From Klebsormidium nitens (taxonomy: Eukaryota; Plantae; Klebsormidiophyceae): a stretch of DNA of 64,000 nt. Both the position numbers and the translations under genes were made by a program. Below are positions 1-11,400 of the stretch, one piece after another. The stretch lies in NCBI GenBank assembly GCA_000708835.1, contig DF237339.1:1-64000 (forward strand), written 5' to 3'. How positions within the stretch are numbered: position 1 is the first letter of the stretch; each line of letters begins with the position of its first letter. Under the pieces are notes generated by a model that was not told the DNA's origin, made no database searches, and was given only the letters and a program-made list of their open reading frames with translations.

Positions 1-910
1 TCAAAGCTAGAGTCCTTCAATGAACATATGCATAAGCGACACGTCACTACCATGCGTATACGTTCAATGTCCGACTCGATTCCTACGGCATGTTAGTTAA
101 CTCCCGAAACTGGCTATAGGCCTCTTCAGTTACACTACGAGTGGCTTAAATTTGCCCTTTATTTATGACCAACTACAACGATTCTACTCCTTGGCATTTT
201 TACCATCGATCAAAGATTCTTTATGCATGGGTAAAATAAGGTACCTTACCAACCGTCGCGCGTAGGCGGCCTGCCGTTCATGTGCATGCAGCCCCGGGTA
301 CTGTATGCATATGGAGATGGGCAGCTAGCTCCTGGGCCATTTGCTTATAGATGAAATTTCCGATGACACCGACGCGCATGCTGAGGTCGTTCATGCAAAT
401 GTATGGTTGTTAATTATACTTGATAATAATTGTAGAGAGGAGTTCACATGTGCATGTTGCATATACAGTTTGGACGGTTGATCGATCTGATCTAAAGAGC
501 TGCCGCGTATGAGACTGCCATGCGTACATGGCAGCAGATAGTGCCGCGGCACATGGTCGGATATGCAGGCGATGCAAATGTAAATCTCGAATCAAGAGCC
601 ACTGTCATCATGGGGCATACACTCCTCAATATCAACCCTGCCCGTGAACCCTTAAACGGCCTGTTTTAGTTTGGAGCCTTGCCAAGAAAGGACGATCGCA
701 CTCCCTGTCAAGTACATGGCGGGCAGCTCAGGCCCAGCTTGATCAGAATATACAAGCACCGTCCCAATATACAGTCGTAGTGCTACCAAACCATGGAGTG
801 AAAAGTGCATCCAGCTATATGGTGGACACTTGTCCAGCGCCGATTCAATGGATGAGGCAGCAAACTCTTGATAGAAACAGACGGACATCACGAAAGCTAC
901 ACAGAAAACA

Positions 911-3278
911 TTATCGCGTCCATTTCCAGACCACTACTACAACAATGATCGTGACGAGCATACCAACATATGAGACCCACTTGTCGGTCAGTTGCCTCCT
1001 GTCAATTCTCCTCAGTACAGTCCCAGAGAGTCCCAGTGTGTTGATGACGTCAAGAGCTTTTCGTTGTGCATTCTGAAAAGGAGCGAAAAAGTAGTTGTGT
1101 CAGAAATGAAACACTCCTGCATTTACAGACCGTGTGCAGTACTAAAACCCAACACAAAGAAAACCGACTTGCGAGAGAGCAAGAATGCATCATCGAGGGG
1201 ACTGAAGTCTACTGCTGTTGACAGGGTTCCAACGGATGCGTACTCAAATGTCTGCTCACCTTAAGTCGATCTCGTTGCATTGCATAGCTTTCGAGGACCC
1301 CCGTGGCCGCAGAGAACATATCCTCGAGTACTTTATTTGAGGTATTTACAGACGCCATGGCTTGAGCCTCGGCATCAAAGTCAGACATAACACGTTTCCC
1401 ATCCTGAGCTGCCTGCAAGCAATGCACGAAACTTCTTCAAAGATGTTGAAGACAAGAACCGAGCACATGTTCTCCAGTATCAGCGATGTCATAGAACACA
1501 AGCGAAACCGCCCAGACTCTGGAAACGCATCCAACAAGTTCGCACGCGACTGGCTGAGGTCGAGAATGTACGTCAAGAGGGCAAGAAAGGTCGTGCGGCG
1601 AAAGGCCATGCTAGTTGAACCAAGGATATGTCAGAGCATACTGACACTCTTGACTCATGACAAGGAACCGCCATCTGGGGGCTTCAACTGACCGTTTCGG
1701 CAGCCGTATTTCAGGAAAGCCTACTTGACGAACTGTCAGAGTACGTTGGCTTACAAAACGACTCAGAAGGCGAATATTCATCCCCAATACTGTACCAATC
1801 AAGAATCCTCTGAAACATTTTGAGCGGACCAGAGCAGGTGGGGGAATCAGAGAATCTTTTTTACGAGCGGACGACCATTTGACAGTGAGCCTAGTAGACG
1901 GCCAGCTAGAGACAAAGATCAGATCACACCATCCGTTGCCTTGCTTTCGGATACCCAATCGAACCTAAATTACTTCAAGCAAGGAGACATAGCAACCAAA
2001 CTCTCATGTAATTCTCCCCATTCTCGCCGACTCTGCTTTTCCTTACAGGGAAGAATCGAAGCAGCGCAGTCAACGCAACTTGGAGCATGATGTATACAAG
2101 GCAGGAGCTCACCCCCCGCTTCAATAGCTCTGCCCTGTCCTTTGCTTCTGCTTGCCTTCTATGTTCCCGGCCCAAATACTTGTCTAAGGCACCCCGTAAC
2201 GAGTCTGTTTCTTCTGCAATCCCCTCAACTTTCCTGAGACCAAAGAAGGAGACAGGAAGGAGAGCTTAGACTCAAGTTGAGGAAGGGCGGAGGTCTCCGG
2301 AGATGGTGAACTCCTCAGAGCAGCTCCTCCCCTACTCATCATTTGTTAGGACTAGTTCCGCTGGGCTTTGATTTGATTGCCATTCGCTAGCTAAGTTGAG
2401 AAATTTGCAGATCCCCCTCTTGCAAATCTCTGGGAGATGCTAAACAGAGATCTTGAAAACGTTCACAGCTTAAGGACACTCTATTTCAACTTCGTGATAG
2501 ACAGGAGTAACAGCCCTGTCTGAAACACCACCAAGTACCACCACCAACTAGAGGCTCCCTTTACAGGCTGCGTATTCACCTTTTCCAAATGTCCTTGTCC
2601 TTCCTTTGAGCAATCTGCGCTCTCCACATATGCTCCATGTCGACGTTGATCCGCTGCAACTCTGTCAGCTTGACGCGCAGCTGTGATGTCATGTCAGGGG
2701 AAGATCCTGGTTTCTGCATGTATGGGTCCTGCAAATGGGGGATGTGGCGGTTGATCCCTGTGCTTGATAAGGCAGCTGAATCCTTTAAGGTATGTCACAG
2801 TCTTCTGAAGGGGGAAGCAAACTTTGGGTGGCTGAGCCCCTCTTCCTCACAGCTCTGTACTCACTTGATGGCACGAGGTTTCTAAGGAAGGTCCTGAGGC
2901 TGCTGATAAGAAGGAAGAAATAGGAGAAAGCAGGTCCAGCGACTTCAAAACTTACAGAAATGATGCTGGAAATGTAGCGACACACAAAAATGTTCGCTCA
3001 TTTGAGAGATTCAAAACAAAACCTGATTGGCTTCCGTGGCAAGCTGTCAAAAGGTACAGAACAAGAAAAGATTGGGGATGCTAGGACATGAGAAACTGGT
3101 TTCTCATGTTTCAAAGCACACCAAGACTGTTTTCCTCGACCAAGTACAATGCAAAAAGTTTCTGAGGAAAACTTACGGTTGGTGAAGCTGCCTCCAGCCG
3201 CTCGATGCGCTCCAAACCTTCGCGCAACTCCAGGATGATGCGCCTCGCAGCTGCATATAGATCTGAAAGTGTCCCCAT
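911..3278 (-). CDS. MEMB11: Membrin / Golgi Qb-SNARE (GOSR2/Bos1 family), 5 coding exons, about 228 aa
   Basis: Exons 3177-3278, 2580-2728, 2113-2233, 1260-1412, 911-1072 join in frame across GT-AG introns: MGTLSDLYAAARRIILELREGLERIERLE...FDAEAQAMASVNTSNKVLEDMF...QRDRLKNAQRKALDVINTLGLS...KWVSYVGMLVTIIVVVVVWKWTR*. Matches recalled plant membrin, with a C-terminal TM anchor. Confidence 0.93.
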
Positions 3279-3507
3279 GGCCAATTGTGCAGACGACTCA
3301 GGCCAGACGTTTAGAAACTTTGGCTTACAAACTTGAAACGTATGTACTGCTGAGGATCGCCCAGGAAGTTTAGGTATATTAAATGACAAGGCGCTGTGCT
3401 GTGATTGGCTGTGATCTCGTCTGTTCAAATGAGTAGCTCAAGCTTCAGCTGCTTCAGCTGCTGGCCAGCTGCTGGTATACTGTACCGCGCGCCGTTCACA
3501 GACTCAG

Positions 3508-4901
3508 GGGCGATTCGCACCCGCCGACTTTTGCCTTTCCGATAAGCTTCTTATCGGAAAGGTAAAGTTTAACTTTCCGATAACTCCTTATCGGCCCTTT
3601 GCTTATCGGAAAGTCACGCCGATCCGATAAGGAATTTTGGCCCTTATCGGAAAGTTATTACTTTACCTTTCCGATAACCTTATCGGATCGGCGCAAAACT
3701 CGGGCAACTTTCCGATAACTCCTTATCGGTACTTTGCTTATCGGAAAGTCACGCCGATCCGATAAGAATCCTATAAGCTTCCCTATCGGGGTTTCGACAA
3801 TAAACTTTCGAAAATCTCCACGCACCGTCGGCAATTCCTGATCGGTCGATTATAAATCTAAAAGTGGAGGTCTTATCGGCGCCGGTGCGAATGCAATGCC
3901 GATTGCTTATCGGTAATCGGTATTTATGTGCGAACGTCGCGCAGATAAGAAATCCTTATCGGCCCGCGGGTGCGAACACTGCGCCGATTACTTATCGGTG
4001 TCCCGGGTGTCCCGCGCGGTGGTGCGAACGCATCACCTTTCCGATAAGCTTTTTGAAGCTTATCGGAATTTATGTGCGAACGCGTCCCCCGGACTTTACG
4101 CGAAAGTTATCGGAAAGTTGGCCTTAAGGTGGTAGGACGGTAATTCAGGTTGGATTGACCCTGGTTTACGTTCTGGTTCATAGAATGTTCAAAACTAAAC
4201 CAAATCAGGTTTCGTCTTCTCCAATGGCTTCGAGACACCCTCGGGGTCCTCTCGAAGCTCCTCTAACCACCTCGAAGTAGTTTGGGTCAGTCTGAGAAAC
4301 CCTGCCAACTCCAAACAACCTGGTTCAAAGGGGTATTTCCATTGGATTTTCTGCCTGTCAACTGCCACGATAAATTTCCTTCGAACAAGAGGAAATCACC
4401 TTCGGGGCAAGCTGGGATGTCAAAAACATTTTTCCAAAAAAAATCTGACGGAAATGTGCACCGCCAGGGGGGAACATACCTGGTCAACAACCTGAGAAAA
4501 AACCATTTTGAGCATATAAGCTGGGAGTTTTGACCATTAACGGTGCACATTTTCGTCAATATTGTGATTTAACCGTTCGATAGACATCCCAGCTTGCCCC
4601 GATTCAGTTTTAGGGGGGTCAATGAGAATTCTATCATTTCGTTTTTCTGACGGCCAAGGGTTCATGTAGGGGGGTAAATGTTCAAACTTCCTCAACTTCA
4701 GACTTTCCTCGACAAGTCGTCAGTGAGTTCGAGGTGGTCCCAGAGTGCTCGAGGGGGCCTCCTTGGTCCCCCCCGAAAGATGCAAAAGACGGGACTCGAT
4801 TTGACCACGTTATGACCAAGTTACGCCCCTTCAAACCCTAGAAACCCTCTTTTCTGGCTGAATTACCGTCCTACCACCTTAAAGTTGGTGGGTGCGAATC
4901 G
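3508..4901. mobile_element. Outer non-autonomous DNA transposon (MITE; MULE- or hAT-like) with about 20 CCGATAA/TTATCGG subterminal motifs
   Basis: Left end gggcgattcgcacccgccgacttt (3508-3531) is the inverse of aaagttggtgggtgcgaatcg (4881-4901) apart from two mismatches. Direct repeat cagactcag on both flanks (3499-3507, 4902-4910). Internal ~60-bp direct repeat (3571-3631 vs 3706-3766). No credible transposase ORF. Confidence 0.75.
4128..4878. mobile_element. Inner TTAA-flanked non-autonomous DNA transposon, Kolobok-like (GG...CC termini), 751 bp
   Basis: Perfect 21-bp TIRs GGTGGTAGGACGGTAATTCAG (4128-4148) and its inverse (4858-4878). TTAA on both sides (4124-4127, 4879-4882). Internal inverted repeats 4403-4421/4583-4601 (19/19) and 4447-4463/4541-4557 (16/17). 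Confidence 0.85.
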
Positions 4902-5462
4902 CAGACTCAGAGAACAGCAGCTAGTCTGGCCCCTTGTATGAATCCCATAGCCCTCAAGGGTAAGAACTAACCCAAAACTTTGTATGGCTGCTGCACGGCT
5001 CCTGAATAAACTGAACCTTGCGTGGGTTTCGGTGCCGGGTTAGGAGTATTGTGGGTGGATCAACGCTGACAGAGTAGGCGTAGCTCTGCCAGTGCTGGAG
5101 TCTGGACCCTTCGTCGAAGTGGCGATCCAGAGAGTCATGCATGAGCCAACTGCTCTCTTGGCATTGCCTGCAACAGCTCAGACGTTGGGAGCTGCTATGG
5201 GAAACGTCTGGGGGCGACTTTTATCTCGAGGGTTTTTTTTTGGCCTTGGTGCAGGGAGGCAAGCATAGGGTGTTTGGTGTCTTAGCGTTGTCAGGCGCTA
5301 TGATTGAAACGTTAGGGTTTTGCATGCCTTTGCAATGATGCTGCCGGAAGCGAATCAAGAGTGAGTTGGTGGCGGGGATAGGCCCTTGTGACGTCAACCC
5401 TGCATGTAAACCACACTAAAACAGAAAAAGCTCAAGAGAGGATCAGTTTTGGGTGACCTCCG

Positions 5463-8400
5463 ATGGAAGCAGGCTCGCGAAAACCTCAAGGCGTTCAAGC
5501 GCTTTTCGCATCTTCAGAAGTACTTACCCGCCGCATCGTCTTTCTCCCTGCCACAAAAGCGGACGCACATTCTTCGGTACCCCCAGGGTTGGTTCCCTTG
5601 AATTCGCCTTTAGTTGTAAGGCCATCAATGCCGGGAAAGGCATTGGGCAAGGGTAATGGTCGCCCAGATGGAAATGGTGGCTCTAGAGCGGAGGCTCGTG
5701 ACACTTTACCAGACCAAGATCTGGTGCTCGCATGGTCGGGGCCAAGGAAAGTGGTGCGTCCAACTTTTGATTTTGACTTTGCTTTGCTCACTTTTCATGT
5801 GCTGCTAGATCTGAGGAATGCTTATTCATGGGTTTCGAAGAAGTTTCTCAGCTTTTTCCGTGTGGATTTCTGCTGGACGGCACCCCTGTCAAACTAGATT
5901 TTGTGAATTTGTCAAAGATTGCCGACACTCTGTCATGAGATCGTCTCACCCCGATCTAGCATCTGCACAAACCTGCAACCCTGTCAGTCACGTGTTTCTG
6001 TGCTCGTGAAACCCCATGAAGACTCAAACTTCCTCCTTTTCAGTGGTGGAGTCAGGGGTAAAGTTAGAAACATTTGCAGCTATGACAGTACCAGAGCAGA
6101 AAAGGTGATTGGCGCAGAGCTTTCACTGTTCCCGACAGTGGTTTTCATTATTCTCCGCAGGGTGCAGGACTTTCGAACCTTGGCAACACCTGCTTCTTGA
6201 ACAGTGTGCTGCAGTCCCTAACGTACACCCCTCCCTTGGCCGCCTTTCTCGAGAGCGGACAACATCGTGCATCATGTGAGTCTACAAGTTGAAAAGTGCG
6301 CCATGACTTTCCTCCCTGACAATCAGCCCCTCTAATTTTCTGTTGATGCCCTGTCAACTCTCATTGACTTTTGAGTTTTAATTATTGGTTGATGTCTTGT
6401 CGATTCTTGTTAATACGTACCCTTCGGTCCTCCGGTCTTTGTTTTGTGACTCTACTTTTTTAAGTAGATGTCGAGTGGGGGCTCAATGTCCTCGGTAGAT
6501 CAACATCGGAAGTTGTCGAAGAAGGCCTCATGTCCTCGAGGGTTCTTCAGCAGCCCCTGGCTCGCACCGATGCCATCAGGGCTACTTCAAGAGCTTTTGT
6601 CATTGTAGGAGTCAGTTTAGATGATGGTTCCCCTCCTTGTCCGTTCTTGGTACCATGCTTTTGTGCACGTTTTGAAGTCTCTCCAGTTCTGCCAGCCGTA
6701 ACGGAAACCCCCTCAAACCCCGCAGGCCGCGTCTCGGGCTTCTGCGCTCTGTGCGCTCTTGAAGGTCACGTCCGGCAGGCGCTCAAGTCTTCCGGGGGGA
6801 CAATCGCCCCCAGCCAACTGGTCAAGAATCTCCGCACCTTCTCCAAGCAGTTCCGTGTGGGACGGCAGGAGGACGCGCACGAGTTCATGCGCTATCTTCT
6901 GGAGGCCCTGCACAAGAGCTGCCTGCCACCTGGCGCAGCCAAGCTGCCCCCGGAGAAGCAGCACAGCTTCATCAACAGGGCCTTTGCGGGGCGGTTGAGG
7001 AGCCAGGTGCGCTTGGGAGGTTGACCTAGTTTGTGTTCTCACAATTTAGTCGGGGGATGGGAAGCCGGTCCAAGCTTGCACAGGGAGAGTGGGATGCTAT
7101 GCTTAGGGCTTCCGGAGTCGTGCGCTTGTGGCCTGCCGCTATATCATAGTGGTGAGCTGGGGATAAAACATTGAGGTTGTGACAAGTCAGGGCATACAAC
7201 GGTTTGCAAGTATGGTTCGACCATCGCAGTTAAGAGAAATTCGATGTCTCCGATTCTTGCATCAGCCAGATATCCTTTTTCAACCCTCTCCTGACCGATT
7301 AAGTCAGGAGGTTAGTCGGTTACTATTGTAAAAGTGTCACTCGCTTCGGTTTACCCCAAGCGCTCGAAGGCACATAGAAGCGCCAGCAAATGCCAGGTTC
7401 GGACGGAACTAGAGCCGGCGCTTTTTTCTGCCGGCAGGTCAAGTGCAGCAGCTGCGGGTTCACGTCAGACACGTACGACCCGTTCCTGGACCTGAGCCTC
7501 GAGATCAACCGGGCAGACTCGCTAGAAAGGGCGCTGAAACGCTTTACCACGGTGGAGGTACTTGACGGAGACAATCGGTACAAGTGCAGCAAGTGAGCTT
7601 TTCTCTACACTAACTTTCACTGCTTTTATTGTAACATTGTAGGGGACAGTAGGCATCGGGGCAGTTTTTGGCGCTTCTCGCTTTTTCTCTCCACCTTAAT
7701 AGAACCTTCACCTGCAAACGTTCACAGTTGTGTTGCTTTTTGTCGTGGAAGCTTGCTTGAGCTTCTGACTGCTCACCGGTTGGTCCGTCAGGGACACACC
7801 GCCTAAAACGTTCCTTGTTTGGTACTTAGTCCTCGAAGTCTGACCAGCCGCCTTGCCCGCCTGCCAGATGTCGCAAGAAGGTGCTCGCCTTCAAGCAGTT
7901 CACCATCGCGCGCGCGCCTGCGGTCCTCACCATCCAATTCAAGCGGTTTGACGGCGGGTTCGGCGGCAAGATCGACAAGAAAGTCGCGTTTCCGACCACA
8001 CTCGACCTGGCGCCGTTCCTGAGCCCCGAGACGCGCCCCGGGGGATCCCCCCAGGCGGTGTACCACCTGTACTCCGTGCTGGTACATTCTGGCCGGTCGA
8101 CGCACTCCGGGCACTACTACTCGTTCATCAAGGCGCCCACCGGCATGTGGCACGTCATGGATGATAGCCGGGTGAGGGCCTCGAACTTGATCTCAAAATG
8201 GTCGGGTCTGTAACTGGTGGCGTTGATGATTCCTGATTGATTTCGTTGGCTCGTGTCTGTCTGACTCCGCGAGGTTTCTTGATTCCAGGTTCGCAGCCTT
8301 CTGGGCTGTTGGTTCGTTGCTTTTCCTGTTTCTGGGTGCGTGGTTTGATTGCGGTTATATTGAAATGTGACGCGTCTACTTTGGATTGTCTGCGACTTGT

Positions 8401-11400
8401 CCTTCCAACTTTCTACCCCCTATTACTCGCTTGTTTGCAAGGTAACTCTTCTTCATGAGTATGAGCTGCTCTTCCCCTTCTGTTGTGCTCGAGGTCAGAA
8501 GTCAGAAACTCGCTGAAACTAAGCTTGTATGTCGGCAACTATGCGCTTGGCTGGTCATGGTCGCCGGGGAGACGGCAAGCGTCGGTCCTCTGTTCCCCGC
8601 GACTCTACTTGTGTTGTTTTATCAAAGTCTGCGAATCTGAAAGCAGTTATTCGAATGATTCCGATCAAGTGTGACGGGCCGCTGCCAGTGATGTAATTTG
8701 TCATGCACCACTCTTATCAACCGTGCTGATCGACACTACTACCAAGATCTGAGGCACGGCGGCCCCTTGACCATTCGAAGTTTCTGACGGAATGTGAATG
8801 CTTTCCGCATCTCGACTTTTCATGCGTCTTACTTTCTTATATCCGTGCATGTTGAGAGGATGTTAGGGTTCCTTGGAACGTTTCTCTACTCAACCCTTAA
8901 ACATCGTTTCTGTATTTTTGCTATTGGAAACTCACAGTTGTCTGTTAAATATTGAGGATATTTGTCCACCCTTTCGCGTATTCACAACCGCGAAGTTATT
9001 TTCCAAACATTCCTAGCGAGTGCTTGACCAAAGTTTGCCAGCGTGATGAGTCATCCGATGGCCAGAAGCTCGAACAGGAACTTTTAGAATATGCTCGATG
9101 GTGGATTCGATGCGAATGACCTACGTAGGCGAAGGGCACCTACGTAGACTCAAAACAGACGCATGCTTTTCCTACCTCAGTTCACGTTGTCAATATACCG
9201 AACTGACAGGTTGGGGGAACTGAGTTGAGGGAGAAAAACTCCACGATGGTCGTCAAAGCGCCCGTTCTGCTTTCAGCAACTTCTTTGGTTACAGGAGAGC
9301 CAGTGAATCAGAAGTTGGGGAGGTGATTATTCACATGGATTTTCATGGACCTTATTAGACGCGGTTTCTCCTTTGCTGCCCAGGTCCAGCAAGTGAGCGA
9401 GAAGACGGTCCTCGACCAGCGCGCGTACATCATCTTCTACGTCCGTAAACCGTCCGCCAAGCCCGTGGGGACGCCCGAGCCGCTCGCGCCGTCCAAACCG
9501 GTCGGCGTCGAAACGAAGCCTGCGCCTGCAATCATTACTTCTTCGAAAGAAAAGAGTGTCACCGTTACTGGTGAAAGTGCAAAGGGACCGGCAGTAAGGG
9601 GAGAGCCGTTGTCTAGGAGTGTTCCAACCGAGACGACGTCGGTTGATGGGAACGGCAAAGTTGGCGGTGCGAGTACGGGTCAGAATGCAGAGGGGGCTAG
9701 TGTGAAAACGGGCGCAGGTGGTGAAGATTCACATGCGGAGGGGGGAAAGGGCGCTGGGGCGGGCAGGGGTGAGAAGGACCCCCCTGCTGAGGATGTTGGT
9801 GTGCCTGTGAGCCGGGATGAAGGGCGGCCGGGGGAGGAAGAAACTAGGGATAGCGGGAAGGAAGGCAGCACCAGCGTGGCGTTGGACGAGGACTACTGGG
9901 ACCGGTATTACAGCCAGCACTGGTAAGTCGTATTTCCCTTGTGACTCGTTGCTTTTCCACCGTTTTTTCCTCACTTTACATTCCTCGACCTCGTGCCTCC
10001 GTGAACGGTTATTGCACCTATCATGTCGCTTCTTATCCAAGGTCGGAGAGGAGTATTACCGCTCGGTGACCGCCCAACTAGCGAGGGCATCCGCTTCTAG
10101 ATGACTAGCTTCTGGATCTGACCATCCGACGAAGGACGCACGTTGTTCCTGAGAAAATTACAACACCGTCGAAAACGTTTCATTTGCGTGCTATTGCAAA
10201 GGACACGGTCTTCAGGTTGGACAAGGGCATTCCGCTGGACATCTTGTGTCTCGTTGAACTTTTCTTTTCTCTGTTCCTTGAACTTTGTACGCCCTTTCTC
10301 GTCTGCAAAACCAGACTCGTTTTTCCAGTCGAAGACACGTCCTAGTCAAGTGAATGCCGAGATCTCTTGGGTATTTTGGCAAGAGCCGTTTCGGCTCGGG
10401 TTTTTTTATTGCCTTTGTTGTGCTTTCCCCACAGGACGTACGTGCCTCCGCAGTACTGCCACCTGCCTATCCAAGTGAAGTCCGAGATCTCTTAGCTCTT
10501 TCGAAACAAGCCGTTTGAGCTCGGGTCTAAATATCTGCTCTCGTTGTGCCACAGGACGTACGTGCCCCCGCAGTACTACCACCTGCCTATCCAAGTGAAA
10601 TCTGCTATCTGTCAGCTCTTTCGAAACAAGCCGTTTGAGCTCGTGTTTAATTCGTTGTGCCACAGGACGTACGTGCCCCCGCAGTACTACCACCTGCTCC
10701 GCGTCATGCCGAGCACGCGGCACTACTACCTGGCCAAGGAGATGGCCGCGCGCAGGCGGGCCGAGTGGGGCCGGAAGCTGTACGAGGAGGCGCTGGCGAA
10801 CAAACTAGAGCGGGAGCTTTCCGAGGACGAGAGCGCGTCGGGGGATGAGTCGGAGGACGAGGATACGGTTGGTAAGGATGAGCGGCAAAAGGGGGGTGTG
10901 GAGAAAAGTGAAGAGCGGGGGCTAGAGCGGAGGCGGGGTGCTTTTGAGGAAGCAGGGGAGGGGGAAAAGTTTAAGGGAAAGGCTAAGAAGGGGAAAGGTG
11001 GGGGGATGTTGGCGGGTACGGAAGAGGAGAGAGGTGGGGAGGGCAGTGAAGCCGCGGTTGAGAATGGCAAGAGCCAGCGGGTTGAGAAAGGGGCAGAAAG
11101 GAAACGGGAGGAGAAACGGAGACGGGAAGAGGCACAAGGGGCGGGGGCAGCCGAGAGTGGTGCGGTAGAAGCGAAGGAAAATGGGAAGAGAGGGACCACT
11201 GCTTTGAGAGAGAAGGAGAAGAGGGGGGTACCAGAACAGCAGCAGGAAGGGGGGTCCGCGGAAACAACGGGGGCAGTGACCGAGGGTGTGGGGGGAAAGG
11301 CTGAGACTGGGAGGAAGGAGAAGAAGCGAAGGAAAGAAGGGGAAGGAGTCAAGGTGAAAGCGGCGGAGGGGAACAAGGAAACAGACCAGAAGCGACTGCT

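Noticed and set aside
2295-2345. Possible snoRNA in membrin intron 2 (minus strand ATGATGA, CTGA and a 12-nt match to LSU AGAUGGUGAACU)
   Set aside because: The guide lies downstream of the CTGA, with no C' box, D box or closing stem. Chance 12-mer matches to rRNA are expected in 64 kb.
3530-4120. CCGATAAG/CTTATCGG repeats as a CRISPR-like array
   Set aside because: Motifs are 7-8 bp, in both orientations and irregularly spaced, inside TIRs in a eukaryotic context: transposon subterminal repeats.
4954-5142. 62-aa minus-strand ORF next to the MITEs
   Set aside because: No transposase or other motif; more likely UTR or promoter sequence of the divergent pair.
7270-7310. ATATCCTTT U12-type donor consensus and an 8-bp hairpin in UBP23 intron 3
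   Set aside because: The flanking exons join correctly through GT-AG sites. An 8-mer is expected by chance, and the hairpin lacks convincing H/ACA boxes.
9043-9206. Second box C (GTGATGA) in UBP23 intron 5
   Set aside because: Nearest CTGA is about 160 nt away, with no terminal stem and no recognisable guide.
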